A stretch of 64,000 nt of DNA from an uncultured Actinomycetota bacterium. GTDB lineage: Bacteria > Actinomycetota > Actinomycetes > JAHEKZ01. The position numbers were made by a program, and so were the translations under genes. The notes under the pieces are model-generated. The model made no database searches and was not told the DNA's origin. It worked only from the letters and a program-made list of their open reading frames with translations. Shown one piece after another: positions 28,800 through 43,318 of the stretch (position 1 is the stretch's first letter; every line of letters starts with the position of its first letter). The DNA is taken from contig CAVQYR010000002.1 of the NCBI GenBank assembly GCA_963718235.1, positions 640,001-704,000 on the forward strand, in the 5' to 3' direction.

Positions 28800-29486
28800 A
28801 TGCGCCGGCTCGACTGCTCCACCCTCGACGGCCGTGACTCCGTGCTGGCTCTGGCCGCCGGTGCGCTGCGCCGGCACCAGCTGGTGGTGTTCCCGACCGA
28901 CACGATGTACGCGGTGGCGTGCGACGCCTTCTCCGAGACCGGTGTCGAGGCGCTGAACGAGGCCAAGGGGCGTCTGTCGTCCGTGCCGCTGCCGGTGATG
29001 ATCGGGTCGATGCGCGCGCTCGACGGGATCGTGACCGGCCTGAGCCCGAACGCCCGCGACCTGCTCCGTGGGTTCTGGCCAGGACCCCTGACGGCCGTGT
29101 GCCGCGCCCAGCCCAGCCTGAGGTGGGACCTCGGAGGAGACGACCCCGTGGGGGCGCAGCGGGTGGCGGTCCGGATGCCGCTCCACCCCTTGGCCCTGGG
29201 CCTGCTGGGCGACGTCGGCCCACTGGCCGTGATCGGGGCCAACCGGGTGGGCGAGCCGATCCCGGTCGACTGCGACGCGGCGGTCGACCAGCTCGGTGAC
29301 GCCGTGTCGGTCTACCTCGACGCCGGTGCGTGTCCAGCGGGGGCGTCGTCGAGCGTCGTCGACCTCACTGGCACGCCTCCCACCCTGCTTCGCGCCGGTG
29401 CCCTGACGCTCGAGGTGCTCCACGAGGTCATGCCGGACCTCGTCGACCCTTCCGCCGAACCGGGGCAGGCGGCAGGCGGCCCGTGA
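28800..29486 (+). CDS. tsaC: L-threonylcarbamoyladenylate synthase (Sua5/YrdC family)
   Basis: FPTDTMYA, AKGR, FWPGPLT, VAVRMP, SSVVDL; position after prmC. Confidence 0.87.
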   Translation: MRRLDCSTLDGRDSVLALAAGALRRHQLVVFPTDTMYAVACDAFSETGVEALNEAKGRLSSVPLPVMIGSMRALDGIVTGLSPNARDLLRGFWPGPLTAVCRAQPSLRWDLGGDDPVGAQRVAVRMPLHPLALGLLGDVGPLAVIGANRVGEPIPVDCDAAVDQLGDAVSVYLDAGACPAGASSSVVDLTGTPPTLLRAGALTLEVLHEVMPDLVDPSAEPGQAAGGP

Positions 29487-30049
29487 GCACCTTCTCCCTG
29501 CTGTACGTCTGCACGGGCAACATCTGCCGCTCACCGATGGCCGAGCGGGTCACCAGGCAGCGGCTGCGCAAACAGCTCGACCCGATCGTGGTCGCCAGCT
29601 CCGGGACCTGGGCGCAAGCCGGCTCGCCGATGACGCCGTTCGCGGCCGCGGCGCTGCGCGAGCACGGAGCCGACCCGGAGGGGTTCACCGCCCGAGCGCT
29701 CACGGCCGACCAGGTCGCCGCGGCCGACCTGGTCCTGACGGCGACCGTCGAGCACCGCGCGGCGGTGGTCGGCCTCGTCCCCTCCGCAGTGCGGCGGACC
29801 TTCACCCTGCTGGAGTTCGCCCGGCTCGTCTCGCCCGGCCCTCGAGGTGATGTGGCTACGGATACGGTCGAACGGGCGCGGGCGCTGGTTGCGGAGACAC
29901 TCGTTCGGCGAGGAGTGGACCCGCACGGCGCGCCGGGCGCCGACGACCTCGATGACCCCTACGGCGCCCCGATCCGGGTCTACCGTGAGAGGCTGCGAGA
30001 GATCGCCGCAGCGGTCGACCAGGTCGTGGCCGCGCTTGTCCCGTCGTGA
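29483..30049 (+). CDS. Low molecular weight protein phosphatase
   Basis: [14 protein letters not shown]-loop and DDPYG general acid. Confidence 0.9.
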   Translation: MSTFSLLYVCTGNICRSPMAERVTRQRLRKQLDPIVVASSGTWAQAGSPMTPFAAAALREHGADPEGFTARALTADQVAAADLVLTATVEHRAAVVGLVPSAVRRTFTLLEFARLVSPGPRGDVATDTVERARALVAETLVRRGVDPHGAPGADDLDDPYGAPIRVYRERLREIAAAVDQVVAALVPS

Positions 30050-30072
30050 CGCCTTCCTCCAAGGAGATCGCC

Positions 30073-31380
30073 GTGCCAAACCCGACGCCCATGCCCTACT
30101 GGGGTCCCGACTTCGGGGCCCTGCAGTCGGAGGACCCCGAGATCGCCGCTGTGCTCCTCGACGAGCTCGACCGGCTCCGGGGCGGACTCCAGCTCATTGC
30201 CAGCGAGAACTTCACGTCCCCTGCGGTCCTGGCGGCCACCGGCTCGACGCTGTCGAACAAGTACGCGGAGGGCTACGCGGGACGCCGCTACTACGGCGGG
30301 TGTGCTGAGGTCGACATCGCCGAGGAGATCGGGATCGCCCGGGCCAAGGAGCTGTTCGGGGCGGAGCACGCCAACCTCCAGCCGCACTCCGGGGCCTCGG
30401 CGAACCTCGCGGTGTATGCCGCCCTGCTCGAGCCCGGCGACACGGTGCTGGCCATGGACCTCAAGCACGGAGGTCACCTCACCCACGGTTCGCCGGTGAA
30501 CTTCTCGGGCAAGTGGTTCAAGCCGGTGTCGTACGGCGTGGACGCGGAGACCGAGCTCATCGACTACGACCACCTGCGTGACCAGGCTCGGGAGCACCGG
30601 CCGAAGATGATCATCGCGGGGGCCACGGCCTACCCACGACTCATCGACTTCGCGGCCTTCCGCGAGATCGCTGACGAGGTCGGCGCCTGGCTGATGGTCG
30701 ATGCCGCCCACTTCATCGGGCTGGTGGCGGGCAAGGCGATCCCGTCGCCGGTCCCCTACGCGGACGTCGTGTCGTTCACCACGCACAAGGTGCTCCGCGG
30801 ACCGCGTGGTGGCATGGTCCTGTGCCGCGAGGAGCTGGCCCAGCGGATCGACAAGGCGGTGTTCCCGTTCCTGCAGGGCGGGCCCCTCATGCATGTGGTC
30901 GCGGCCAAGGCGGTGGCCCTGAAGGAGGCGGCGTCGCCGGCCTACCAGACCTACGCACGCCAGGTGATCGCCAACGCCCAGTCGTTGGTCCAGGGCCTGG
31001 CGGCCGAGGGCATGCGACCGGTGTCGGGCGGCACCGACACCCACCTGGCCCTGATCGACCTCCGCGGTGTCGGCGTCACGGGGCGCGACGCGGAGCTGCG
31101 CTGCGACGCTGCCCGGATCACCTTGAACAAGAACGCGATCCCGTTCGACCCCGAGAAGCCCATGGTGGCGTCGGGGGTGCGGGTCGGGACGCCGTCGGTC
31201 ACCACCCAGGGCATGGTCGAGCCGCAGATGAAGGAGGTGGCCGGGCTGATCGGGCGCGCCGTCACCGCCGACCTGGACACCGAGGTCGGCCGAGCCACGG
31301 TTCGCGAGGTGGCCACGGCGGTGACCTCGCTGGTCGAGCAGTACCCGGCCTACCCGACGCCCGCCGGCTGGCCCGGCTGA
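30073..31380 (+). CDS. glyA: Serine hydroxymethyltransferase
   Basis: [48 protein letters not shown]. Confidence 0.97.
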   Translation: MPNPTPMPYWGPDFGALQSEDPEIAAVLLDELDRLRGGLQLIASENFTSPAVLAATGSTLSNKYAEGYAGRRYYGGCAEVDIAEEIGIARAKELFGAEHANLQPHSGASANLAVYAALLEPGDTVLAMDLKHGGHLTHGSPVNFSGKWFKPVSYGVDAETELIDYDHLRDQAREHRPKMIIAGATAYPRLIDFAAFREIADEVGAWLMVDAAHFIGLVAGKAIPSPVPYADVVSFTTHKVLRGPRGGMVLCREELAQRIDKAVFPFLQGGPLMHVVAAKAVALKEAASPAYQTYARQVIANAQSLVQGLAAEGMRPVSGGTDTHLALIDLRGVGVTGRDAELRCDAARITLNKNAIPFDPEKPMVASGVRVGTPSVTTQGMVEPQMKEVAGLIGRAVTADLDTEVGRATVREVATAVTSLVEQYPAYPTPAGWPG

Positions 31381-31399
31381 CCAGGCTGACCCAAGCCTC

Positions 31400-32485
31400 G
31401 TGCGCGAGTACCTCCTCGTCCTCCTCACCGCCGCCGCACTGACCTACGTGTCCGTGCCGGTGGTGCGGTGGTGGGCGGTCCGGCACAACGTGATGGCCGA
31501 CATCCGCGACCGTGACGTCCACGACAGCCCGATCCCGCGCCTCGGGGGCCTGGCCATGTTCGTCGGGTTCGCCGGCGGCCTGCTGCTGGCCAGCAAGCTG
31601 CCCCTGCTGAGTGGGGTCTTCGCCGAGTCTCGCGACGCGGTGGCGGTGCTCAGTGGTGCCACCCTGATCGTGCTGCTCGGCGCGGCCGATGACATCTGGG
31701 GTCTCGACGCGCTCACCAAGCTCGCCGGGCAGGTGCTGGCAGCGGGGGTCATGGTCGTGCAAGGGGTCCAGCTGCTCTGGCTCCCCTTCGGTGGGGTCAC
31801 CGTGCTCGACTTCCAGACGAGCGTCATCGTCACCGTGCTGGTGGTGGTCGTCACGGTCAACGCGATCAACTTCATCGACGGCCTGGACGGGCTGGCCGCC
31901 GGAATCGTGGGAATCGGCTCGCTGGCCTTCTTCGCCTTCTCGTACTTCCTGTCGGTCACCAATGGCATCGACCGCGCCACGACGGCCGCCCTGCTGACCG
32001 CGATCCTGGCCGGGCTGTGCCTTGGGTTCCTCCCGCACAACTTCAACCCGGCCCGGATCTTCATGGGTGACTCCGGGTCGATGCTGAGCGGGCTTCTCCT
32101 CTCGGCGGCGGTCATCACGCTGACCGGAAAGGTCGACCCCTACGCCATCGGTGAGGCCGCGCTGCTCCCCGCCCTGATGCCTCTTCTGCTGCCCTTCGCC
32201 GTCCTGGCCATCCCCTTCGTCGACCTCTTGCTCGCCGTCCTGCGGCGCACCCGGGCCGGGCGGTCCCCCTTCGCACCGGACAAGCAGCACCTGCACCACC
32301 GCCTGCTGGAGATCGGGCACAGCCAGCGGCAGGCGGTCCTCGTGATGTACCTCTGGGCGACCGCACTGGCCCTCGGTTCGGCGATCGCTGCCTTCGCCGG
32401 GATCCGGGTCGGTGTGATGGTCGGGCTCGCGGTGGCGATGGTGGCGGTCATCGTCACGCGTAACCCGCGAGGCGCGGTGCGGTGA
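31400..32485 (+). CDS. wecA: Undecaprenyl/decaprenyl-phosphate GlcNAc-1-phosphate transferase (MraY/WecA family)
   Basis: PRLGGLA, ADD, NAINFIDGLDGL, HNFNPARIFMGDSG, DKQHLHHRL. Confidence 0.88.
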   Translation: MREYLLVLLTAAALTYVSVPVVRWWAVRHNVMADIRDRDVHDSPIPRLGGLAMFVGFAGGLLLASKLPLLSGVFAESRDAVAVLSGATLIVLLGAADDIWGLDALTKLAGQVLAAGVMVVQGVQLLWLPFGGVTVLDFQTSVIVTVLVVVVTVNAINFIDGLDGLAAGIVGIGSLAFFAFSYFLSVTNGIDRATTAALLTAILAGLCLGFLPHNFNPARIFMGDSGSMLSGLLLSAAVITLTGKVDPYAIGEAALLPALMPLLLPFAVLAIPFVDLLLAVLRRTRAGRSPFAPDKQHLHHRLLEIGHSQRQAVLVMYLWATALALGSAIAAFAGIRVGVMVGLAVAMVAVIVTRNPRGAVR

Positions 32486-32952
32486 TGGCCCCCGAGTCGC
32501 TGCCACCCCAGGCAGCCGACCTCTACGGGATCATGCTGCGGCGCGCAGCGCGCTGGCCCGTCGGCGCGGGCGTGCTCTGCGTCGGTTTCGTCGCGATCGC
32601 CGACGGCCGCGATGCTCTCGTGGGCGCTGTTCTCGGCATGGTCATCGTCGTGGGGTTCTTCGCGATCGACGTACTCGTGGTGTCGGTCATGCGCCGAGCG
32701 GCACCGGAGCTCACGGTCTTCGCCGTTCTCGTCGAGTACGGCGTCAAGGTGGTGGCGCTGGCGGTGTTCCTGTGGGCGTTGCACGACGACCCCGGGATCG
32801 ACCTGCATGCCCTGGCGGTGACGGTCGTCGTCATGACGGTCTCCTGGGTCGTTGCCCTGACGGTCGAGGCGTTGCGGTCACGGTCGTACGTCCTGGACCC
32901 CATCCCTAGAGACCGGGAGCCGGGTTCGCACAGCCCTCGACAGGAGTCGTGA
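32482..32952 (+). CDS. AtpI-like four-TM membrane protein
   Basis: Hydrophobic four-TM protein with YGVK, upstream of the atp operon. Confidence 0.65.
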   Translation: MMAPESLPPQAADLYGIMLRRAARWPVGAGVLCVGFVAIADGRDALVGAVLGMVIVVGFFAIDVLVVSVMRRAAPELTVFAVLVEYGVKVVALAVFLWALHDDPGIDLHALAVTVVVMTVSWVVALTVEALRSRSYVLDPIPRDREPGSHSPRQES

Positions 32953-33022
32953 GAGTTGTCACATCGGCGTCGCCCGACACCCGGTGGAGGGGCCGTTGGT
33001 GCGCTGATATAGTCCTCGAACC

Positions 33023-33307
33023 ATGGTCCAGGGACGCCTTCCCGACAAGGCAAGCGGCTCTGGATCGTCTCCATCTCAGATCGAGGGAGTTGCCGGTTAC
33101 CTCGTTGCCGGGGTGTGCCTCTTCGGTGGTCTCGGGCTCGTCCTCGACCGCTGGCTCGGACTCTCCTTCCTGACGCCGGTCGGACTGGCACTGGGTGGGA
33201 TTGCCGGTGGTTACCTCGTCTACGTGAGGGCCGTGCGGCAGCCACAGGAACCAGCAGTGGACAATGAGAGCGGTTCGAGAACGGCGAGCGAAGGGGAGGG
33301 CCGGTGA
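33023..33307 (+). CDS. AtpZ/AtpI family two-TM protein
   Basis: YLVAG...GGLGLVLDRWLG..FL.PVGL..G pattern directly before atpB. Confidence 0.75.
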   Translation: MVQGRLPDKASGSGSSPSQIEGVAGYLVAGVCLFGGLGLVLDRWLGLSFLTPVGLALGGIAGGYLVYVRAVRQPQEPAVDNESGSRTASEGEGR

Positions 33308-34092
33308 CCGGTCAGATCATGGCCGACAATGGCTACGTTCCTCCGACCAGCCACGAGGTCTTCCCCCCGGAGATCTTCGACTCGGTCGCCTGGTTCACCA
33401 AGCCGGTGCTCCTGGTCAGCCTCAGCGTCGTCCTGATCGTCGGCGCGTTCATGATGATGACGCGCAGGAAGGCCCTGGTCCCGTCGCGTGGGCAGTTCGC
33501 CGGTGAGCTCGTCTACGACTTCGTGCGCAACGGGATCGGCCGGGACCTGATCGGGTCCAAGGACTTCCGTCCGTTCGTCCCTCTGCTGTTCGCCCTGTTC
33601 ACCTTCATCCTGGTGAACAACCTGTACGGCGTCACCCCGCTGGTCAGCTTCCCGCCGATGGCGCACATCGCGTTCCCGATGGTGCTGGCCCTGATCGTGC
33701 TCGTCGTCTACAACACGGTCGGAATCCGCCGGGTCGGGTTCGTCCCGTACTTCCGGGACATCATGTTCATCCCCGGCGTCCCCAAGTTCGTGTACCCGAT
33801 CCTCGCGCCGATCGAGCTGCTCACCGTGCTCTTCATCCGCCCGTTCACGCTCACCCTGCGTCTGTTCGCCAACATGTTTGCCGGACACATGCTCCTGCTG
33901 GTCTTCGTGACCGGTGCCGAGTACCTCCTGATCGAGGTGGCCAACCCCCTGCTGAAGGGCGCGGGGCTGCTGACGGGCGTCGTTGCGCTCGTGATGACCT
34001 TCTTCGAGCTGTTCGTCGAGATCTTCCAGGCCTACATCTTCGCCCTCCTCACGGCCCTCTACATCGGTGGCGCCGTGAGTGAGGGTCACTAA
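33304..34092 (+). CDS. atpB: ATP synthase F0 subunit a
   Basis: RPFTLTLRLFANMFAGH, FQAYIFALL. Confidence 0.96.
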   Translation: MTGQIMADNGYVPPTSHEVFPPEIFDSVAWFTKPVLLVSLSVVLIVGAFMMMTRRKALVPSRGQFAGELVYDFVRNGIGRDLIGSKDFRPFVPLLFALFTFILVNNLYGVTPLVSFPPMAHIAFPMVLALIVLVVYNTVGIRRVGFVPYFRDIMFIPGVPKFVYPILAPIELLTVLFIRPFTLTLRLFANMFAGHMLLLVFVTGAEYLLIEVANPLLKGAGLLTGVVALVMTFFELFVEIFQAYIFALLTALYIGGAVSEGH

Positions 34093-34138
34093 GACCGATG
34101 ACGCTGCCCGGGCGTCACGTACCGAAAGGGAAACCCGC

Positions 34139-34351
34139 ATGGACCTGTCAGGCAACCTCACTCCGGTCACCTTCGGCCTTGCCGCGATCGGTTCAGGTAT
34201 CGGCGCGGGTCTGATCTTCGCCGCTTTCATCACTGGCGTCGCTCGCCAGCCGGAAGCACTGTCGGTCCTGCGTACCTGGGCGTTCACCGCGTTCGCCCTG
34301 GTCGAGGCCCTCGCGCTGATCGGTCTGGTCGCTCCGTTCTTCCTGAAGTAG
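34139..34351 (+). CDS. atpE: ATP synthase F0 subunit c
   Basis: GLAAIGSGIGAG, ARQPE loop, ALVEAL proton-binding Glu; RBS GAAAGGGA. Confidence 0.95.
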   Translation: MDLSGNLTPVTFGLAAIGSGIGAGLIFAAFITGVARQPEALSVLRTWAFTAFALVEALALIGLVAPFFLK

Positions 34352-34385
34352 CAGCCATCACTCGACAGACCACGAGGACTGACAC

Positions 34386-34919
34386 ATGTACGTGATCGCC
34401 GCCGAGACCGAGATCAACCCTCTGGTGCCGCAGACTGCCGAGATCGTGGTCGCCCTGATCGCGTTCGCCATCCTGTACTGGTTCGTCGCGAAGTACATCG
34501 CTCCGAGGTTCGAGCAGGTGTACCAGGAGCGCACGGCGGCGATCGAGGGCGGGCTGTCGAAGGCGGAGGACGCCCAGCGTGAGGCGGCCGCCGCGCTCGA
34601 GCAGTACCAGGCGCAGCTCGCCGACGCGCGCGGCGAGGCCTCGCGGATCCGCGAGGAGGCCCGCGAGCAGGGGGTGCAGATCCTGGCCGAGATGCGCGAG
34701 CAGGCCCAGGCCGAGGCCAACCGGGTCACTGCGGCCGCCCAGGCCCAGATCGAGGCCGAGCGGCAGTCAGCCATCGCCTCGTTGCGCACCGAGGTCGGGA
34801 CGCTGGCGGTCGGGCTGGCGGGCAAGCTCGTCGGGGCGCAGATGACCGACGAGGCGGCCCAGTCCGAGGTCATCGACCGCTTCATCGCCGACCTCGAGAC
34901 CTCCGGCCAGGACGCCTGA
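34386..34919 (+). CDS. atpF: ATP synthase F0 subunit b
   Basis: NPLVP + TM helix followed by a coiled coil (ERTAAIEGG). Confidence 0.95.
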   Translation: MYVIAAETEINPLVPQTAEIVVALIAFAILYWFVAKYIAPRFEQVYQERTAAIEGGLSKAEDAQREAAAALEQYQAQLADARGEASRIREEAREQGVQILAEMREQAQAEANRVTAAAQAQIEAERQSAIASLRTEVGTLAVGLAGKLVGAQMTDEAAQSEVIDRFIADLETSGQDA

Positions 34920-35749
34920 TGCCTGCACCGATGCAGGGCTCGAGTCGAGCGTCGCTGGCGGCCGCGCGCGGTCGGCTCGACGTCCTGCTCTCCTCCGGTG
35001 TTGCCACGGACCCGCTGTCCTTGGGTGAGCAGGTGTTCTCCGTGGTCGACCTGCTCGACGCCCAGCCGGCGGTGCGGGCCGCGCTGACCGACCCCGCCCG
35101 TGCGGGTGAGGACAAGGCCCAGCTCGTCTCGTCGCTGTTCGCCGGCAAGGTCGAGGGCCCGACCCTCGACCTCGTCAGCGGGATGGTGCGCGACCGCTGG
35201 GCCCAGCCTCGCGACCTCGCCGAGGCGCTGGCCGACCTCGGCGTGCAGTCGCTGGCCACCGCCGCAGAGCGCAGGAACGCCCTGGACACCGTCGAGGACG
35301 ACCTGTTCCGCTTCGGTCAGATCGTCGCCGGCGCACCGGAGCTTCGCTCGGCCCTGACCGACCGGGCCGTGCCGGCCGGACCCAAGCAGCGGCTCGTCGA
35401 CACCCTGCTGACCGACAAGACCTCGCCCGAGGCGCACCTCCTGCTGGGCCGGGCGGTCGTCCACCCCCGAGGCCGGTCGCTCGAGGCGGGTGTGGCCGAC
35501 CTCATCCGCGACGTGGCCGAGCGTCGCCGACGGATCACTGCGACCGTCGTCGCGGCCGTCCCGCTCACCGAGCAGCAGCGGTCCCGTCTCGCGGCGGTGC
35601 TGTCCGCCCAACGCGGCGCGCAGGTGCACCTCAACGTCGTCGTCGACCCCGAGGTCGTCGGTGGGGTCAAGGTGACCATCGGGGACGAGGTCGTCGACGG
35701 CACCTTGTCGACCCGCCTGGACGAGGCCCACCGGCGTCTCGCTGGGTAA
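34919..35749 (+). CDS. atpH: ATP synthase F1 subunit delta (long actinobacterial form)
   Basis: [33 protein letters not shown]. Confidence 0.95.
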   Translation: MPAPMQGSSRASLAAARGRLDVLLSSGVATDPLSLGEQVFSVVDLLDAQPAVRAALTDPARAGEDKAQLVSSLFAGKVEGPTLDLVSGMVRDRWAQPRDLAEALADLGVQSLATAAERRNALDTVEDDLFRFGQIVAGAPELRSALTDRAVPAGPKQRLVDTLLTDKTSPEAHLLLGRAVVHPRGRSLEAGVADLIRDVAERRRRITATVVAAVPLTEQQRSRLAAVLSAQRGAQVHLNVVVDPEVVGGVKVTIGDEVVDGTLSTRLDEAHRRLAG

Positions 35750-35868
35750 CCACTGCTCGAGCTGCTCAACAACTGCACACCCACGACTGCCGGAGCCACA
35801 CCGACCGGCACCCACGACCCAAGGGGCGCGACAGCACCCCGACGAAACAAGGAGAGCAGGGACTTCAG

Positions 35869-39922
<4,054 letters not shown>

Positions 39923-39923
39923 C

Positions 39924-40328
39924 GTGGGTGAGCTCAACGTCGACCTCGTCGCCGCGGACCGGGCCATCTGGTCGGGCAAGGCCCGGCTGGTGATCGCCCG
40001 GACCATGGTGGGCGACATCGGGGTGATGCCCGGCCACGAGCCCGTGCTCGCCACCCTCGCCGACAGCGTGGTGGTGGTGCGCGCCGACGACGGTGACCAG
40101 GTGTTCGCCGTTCACGGTGGCTTCCTGTCCGTGAGCAACGACGTGGTGTCGGTGCTCGCCGAGACGGCCGAGTTCGCCGAGGAGATCGACGTGGAGCGAG
40201 CGCGGGCGGCCCTCCTTCGAGCCCAGGAGAAGTCCGCGGGGGTCGAGGAGCCGGACGAGAGCCTGCTGGAGAGCGAGCGCCGCGCCGAGATCCGCCTACG
40301 GGCGGCCGAGGCCCACCTCAGCCACTGA
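39924..40328 (+). CDS. atpC: ATP synthase F1 subunit epsilon
   Basis: GDIGVMPGHEP, VHGGFLSV, AEEIDVERA. Confidence 0.95.
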   Translation: MGELNVDLVAADRAIWSGKARLVIARTMVGDIGVMPGHEPVLATLADSVVVVRADDGDQVFAVHGGFLSVSNDVVSVLAETAEFAEEIDVERARAALLRAQEKSAGVEEPDESLLESERRAEIRLRAAEAHLSH

Positions 40329-40360
40329 CCGGTCCAGCGATGAGCCGGTCGACGGCCGGT

Positions 40361-40948
40361 TCAGGACCGGTCGCCCCCCGGCACCCAGAGCACGTCACCG
40401 GTGCCACCGCTGGAAGGCAGGTTGGCGACCCGGCTGAGGATGAACAGCAGGTCGCTGAGTCGGTTCAGGTAGTGGGCCGTCAGCGGGTTCATCGACTCCG
40501 CGTGCTCGGCAAGTGCCGCCCAGGTCGACCGCTCGGCCCGACGCACGACGGTGCGAGCGACGTGCAGGTGCGCGGCAGCGGCGGTTCCACCCGGTAGGAC
40601 GAAGGACCGCAGGGACTCGACCTGGTCGTTGTAGTGGTCACAGGCTGCCTCCAGGCGCTCGACGTACTCCGGCAGAACCCGCAGCGGCGGGAACTCCGGG
40701 TTCTCGACCACCGGGGTGCACAGGTCGGCCCCGACGTCGAACAGGTCGTTCTGGATGCGGGTGAGCAGGGTGCGGACGTCCTGCGTCAAGGTGCCGGTAG
40801 CCAGAACGACCCCGAGCTGGGAGTTCGCCTCGTCGACGTCGGCGTAGGCCACCAGCCGCGGGTCGGTCTTGCTCACCCGGCTCAGGTCGCCCAGCGCAGA
40901 CGTGCCGTCGTCACCGGTTCGGGTGTAGATGCGTGTGAGGTTGACCAT
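40361..40948 (-). CDS. pduO: ATP:cob(I)alamin adenosyltransferase (PduO type)
   Basis: [47 protein letters not shown]. Confidence 0.93.
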   Translation of the reverse strand: MVNLTRIYTRTGDDGTSALGDLSRVSKTDPRLVAYADVDEANSQLGVVLATGTLTQDVRTLLTRIQNDLFDVGADLCTPVVENPEFPPLRVLPEYVERLEAACDHYNDQVESLRSFVLPGGTAAAAHLHVARTVVRRAERSTWAALAEHAESMNPLTAHYLNRLSDLLFILSRVANLPSSGGTGDVLWVPGGDRS

Positions 40949-40986
40949 GCGCCCGAGCCTACGGTCAGGGCGCCTACGATGCCCAC
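40949..40986. promoter_or_regulatory. Back-to-back leaderless promoters for pduO and murA
   Basis: TACGAT (40975-40980) 6 nt before murA GTG; minus-strand TAGGCT (40961-40956) 7 nt before pduO ATG; no SD sequences. Confidence 0.6.
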
Positions 40987-42303
40987 GTGGAGAGGTTTCG
41001 AGTGAGGGGTGGTGCGCGCCTGGTCGGTGAGGTGCGCGTGACCGGCGCCAAGAACAGCGTGCTCAAGCTGATGGCAGCATCGCTGCTGGCCCCCGGTCGC
41101 ACCACGATCGCGGACGTCCCCGACATCCTGGACGTCGAGATCATGGCGGAGCTGCTGCGGCGACTCGGCTGTGACGTGGCCCACGACCACCCGTCCGCCA
41201 CCGTCGTGGTGGACGTCCCCGAACGGATCGAGCACCGGGCCGACTACGACCTCGTACGGTTGATGCGCGCGTCGATCGCGGTGCTCGGTCCGCTGGTGGC
41301 CCGCGTCGGCGAGGCCGACGTCGCGATGCCCGGGGGTGACGCGATCGGTTCCCGCCCCCTCGACCTTCATGTCGCCGGGCTCGTCAAGATGGGGGCCACG
41401 GTCGAGAGCGAGCACGGCTTCATCGTGGCCAAGGCCAAGCGACTGCACGGCGCCTCGGTGTGGCTGGACTTCCCCAGCGTCGGAGCCACCGAGAACCTTC
41501 TGATGGCGGCGGTCCTCGCCGACGGGCGGACCGTGATCGACAACGCCGCCCGAGAGCCGGAGATCGTCGACCTCGTGGCCATGCTCCGGGCCATGGGTGC
41601 TGTGGTCCGGGGCGAAGGCACGTCGACGCTGGAGATCGACGGGGTCGAGGGTCTCACCCCGACCCTTCACACCACGGTCCCCGACCGGATCGTGGCCGGC
41701 ACGTGGGCGATGGCCTCGGCGATGACCCTGGGCGACGTGACGGTCCGAAACGCCGTGCCCGAGCACCTGGAGATCGCTCTGGACAAGCTGGACACCGCGG
41801 GTGCAGAGGTCGACCGGGTCGACGGTGGCTTCCGCGTGCGGGCCGAGCGCCGACCGGCGGCGGTGGACGCGGTCACCCTGCCGTACCCGGGTTTCCCCAC
41901 CGACCTCCTGCCCATGGCGCTGGCCCTGAACGCGATCGCCGAGGGCACGGCCATGGTGACCGAGAACGTGTACGAGTCACGCTTCATGTTCGTCAACGAG
42001 CTGAACCGGCTGGGCGCCGACATCAGGACCGACGGGCACCACGCGGTGGTCCGAGGGCGGCCCATCCTGTCCGGGGCACCGGTGCGCGCGCCGGACATCC
42101 GCGCGGGAGCCGGGCTGGTCATCGCCGGTCTGGTCGCCGAGGGTGAGACGACGGTTTCCGGCGTCATGCACGTCGACCGTGGCTACCCGGACTTCGACTC
42201 CCAGCTGCGCAGCCTCGGTGCGCACGTGGTCCGCGAACCCGACCCCGAGGCGTTCGACCCGGCCCAGCTGACCGACGGTGCGTCCGGCCAGGCCCCGACC
42301 TAG
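40987..42303 (+). CDS. murA: UDP-N-acetylglucosamine 1-carboxyvinyltransferase
   Basis: [48 protein letters not shown]. Confidence 0.97.
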   Translation: MERFRVRGGARLVGEVRVTGAKNSVLKLMAASLLAPGRTTIADVPDILDVEIMAELLRRLGCDVAHDHPSATVVVDVPERIEHRADYDLVRLMRASIAVLGPLVARVGEADVAMPGGDAIGSRPLDLHVAGLVKMGATVESEHGFIVAKAKRLHGASVWLDFPSVGATENLLMAAVLADGRTVIDNAAREPEIVDLVAMLRAMGAVVRGEGTSTLEIDGVEGLTPTLHTTVPDRIVAGTWAMASAMTLGDVTVRNAVPEHLEIALDKLDTAGAEVDRVDGGFRVRAERRPAAVDAVTLPYPGFPTDLLPMALALNAIAEGTAMVTENVYESRFMFVNELNRLGADIRTDGHHAVVRGRPILSGAPVRAPDIRAGAGLVIAGLVAEGETTVSGVMHVDRGYPDFDSQLRSLGAHVVREPDPEAFDPAQLTDGASGQAPT

Positions 42304-42827
42304 CCTGACCCCGGCGCAGGACCGGACCGGGTTACGTGTGCGGTCAGCGCAGGCGCTGATCGCAGCGTCTGGAGTACTACGCAGTAGCGCTCGGTGAGGC
42401 GCAGCAGCGTGTCGAGCTGGTCATCTTCGGCGTCGGTGTCGACGTCGAAGATGACGCGGATCGCGGTGAAGCCGACCGGTGCCTGCTTGTCGACCCCGAG
42501 TGTGCCCCTGAAGTCGAGGTCGCCTTCGGCTCGTACGGTGCCGCCGCGGACGGTGATCCCGATCGACGTCGCGACCGCGAGGAGGGTCACACCGGCGCAG
42601 GCGACGAGAGCCTGGAGCAGCATGTCGCCGGAGCAGGCCGAGGCCCCGCTGCCCCCGGTCGCGGGGTGGAGCCCGGCAGCGACGAGGGCTTGCCCCGTCT
42701 GCACCGAGCAGGTGACCCCGTCACCCAGTGCGCCGGTGGCGGACAAGGTCACGGCTGCGGCTGCGGCGTCCGCGCGGTACCGCTCCTTGAGGGGGTCCTG
42801 AGCCATCTTCAGCGTTGCACGGTCCAC
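42300..42827 (-). CDS. OsmC family protein
   Basis: [38 protein letters not shown]. Confidence 0.88.
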   Translation of the reverse strand: MDRATLKMAQDPLKERYRADAAAAAVTLSATGALGDGVTCSVQTGQALVAAGLHPATGGSGASACSGDMLLQALVACAGVTLLAVATSIGITVRGGTVRAEGDLDFRGTLGVDKQAPVGFTAIRVIFDVDTDAEDDQLDTLLRLTERYCVVLQTLRSAPALTAHVTRSGPAPGSG

Positions 42828-42891
42828 GGGGTCTCCGTCCTGGCAGGGGCGGGTGCCGCGTCACGTGGCTGCCCTCGGTCGTGCGGCGAGC

Positions 42892-43221
42892 CTAGAGCCG
42901 GCGTTGGGCGAGGACGGTGCGGGCGCGGTCCAGGTCGCTCGGCCACACCATCACGCGGGGTCCGTCGTTGGTCTGCGCGAGCGTCGCCCTGACCGACGCC
43001 GCCTCGAGGGCCTGGCGCACCATCTCTCCCTCGACGTACGTGGCAGGCGCCGCCACCGGGGTCAGCAGGCCGTAGTCGGTGGGCTGCCCGGGGACGGCAG
43101 GTCGCTCGACGACCGACCCCCCGCGACCGAAGGCCCATCGCAGCAGCAGGCAGAACACGACCATGCCGCCGACGGCCATCAGTGGGCCGTAGACGTAGGA
43201 GAAGCTGCCCCACGATGCCAC
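42892..43221 (-). CDS. Conserved actinobacterial small membrane protein
   Basis: N-terminal TM ending LLRWAF, DYGLL.PVA, VMVWP.D..RAR; occupies the usual slot beside the 3-hydroxyacyl-CoA dehydrogenase. Confidence 0.6.
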   Translation of the reverse strand: MASWGSFSYVYGPLMAVGGMVVFCLLLRWAFGRGGSVVERPAVPGQPTDYGLLTPVAAPATYVEGEMVRQALEAASVRATLAQTNDGPRVMVWPSDLDRARTVLAQRRL

Positions 43222-43318
43222 GCGCCCAGTGTGCGCCTCTCCGGCTGCCGCCGCCACCGGGGTAGCCTTCCCCGGGCCGCCGGGTGCCGCTCGCCCGGCA
43301 ACCCCGGAGGGAGACAGG

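Noticed and set aside
29483-30049. YwlE-type protein arginine phosphatase assignment from tsaC-ptp-glyA synteny
   Set aside because: P-loop reads CTGNICRS (Ile), not the CTGNTCRS of YwlE; left as a generic LMW phosphatase
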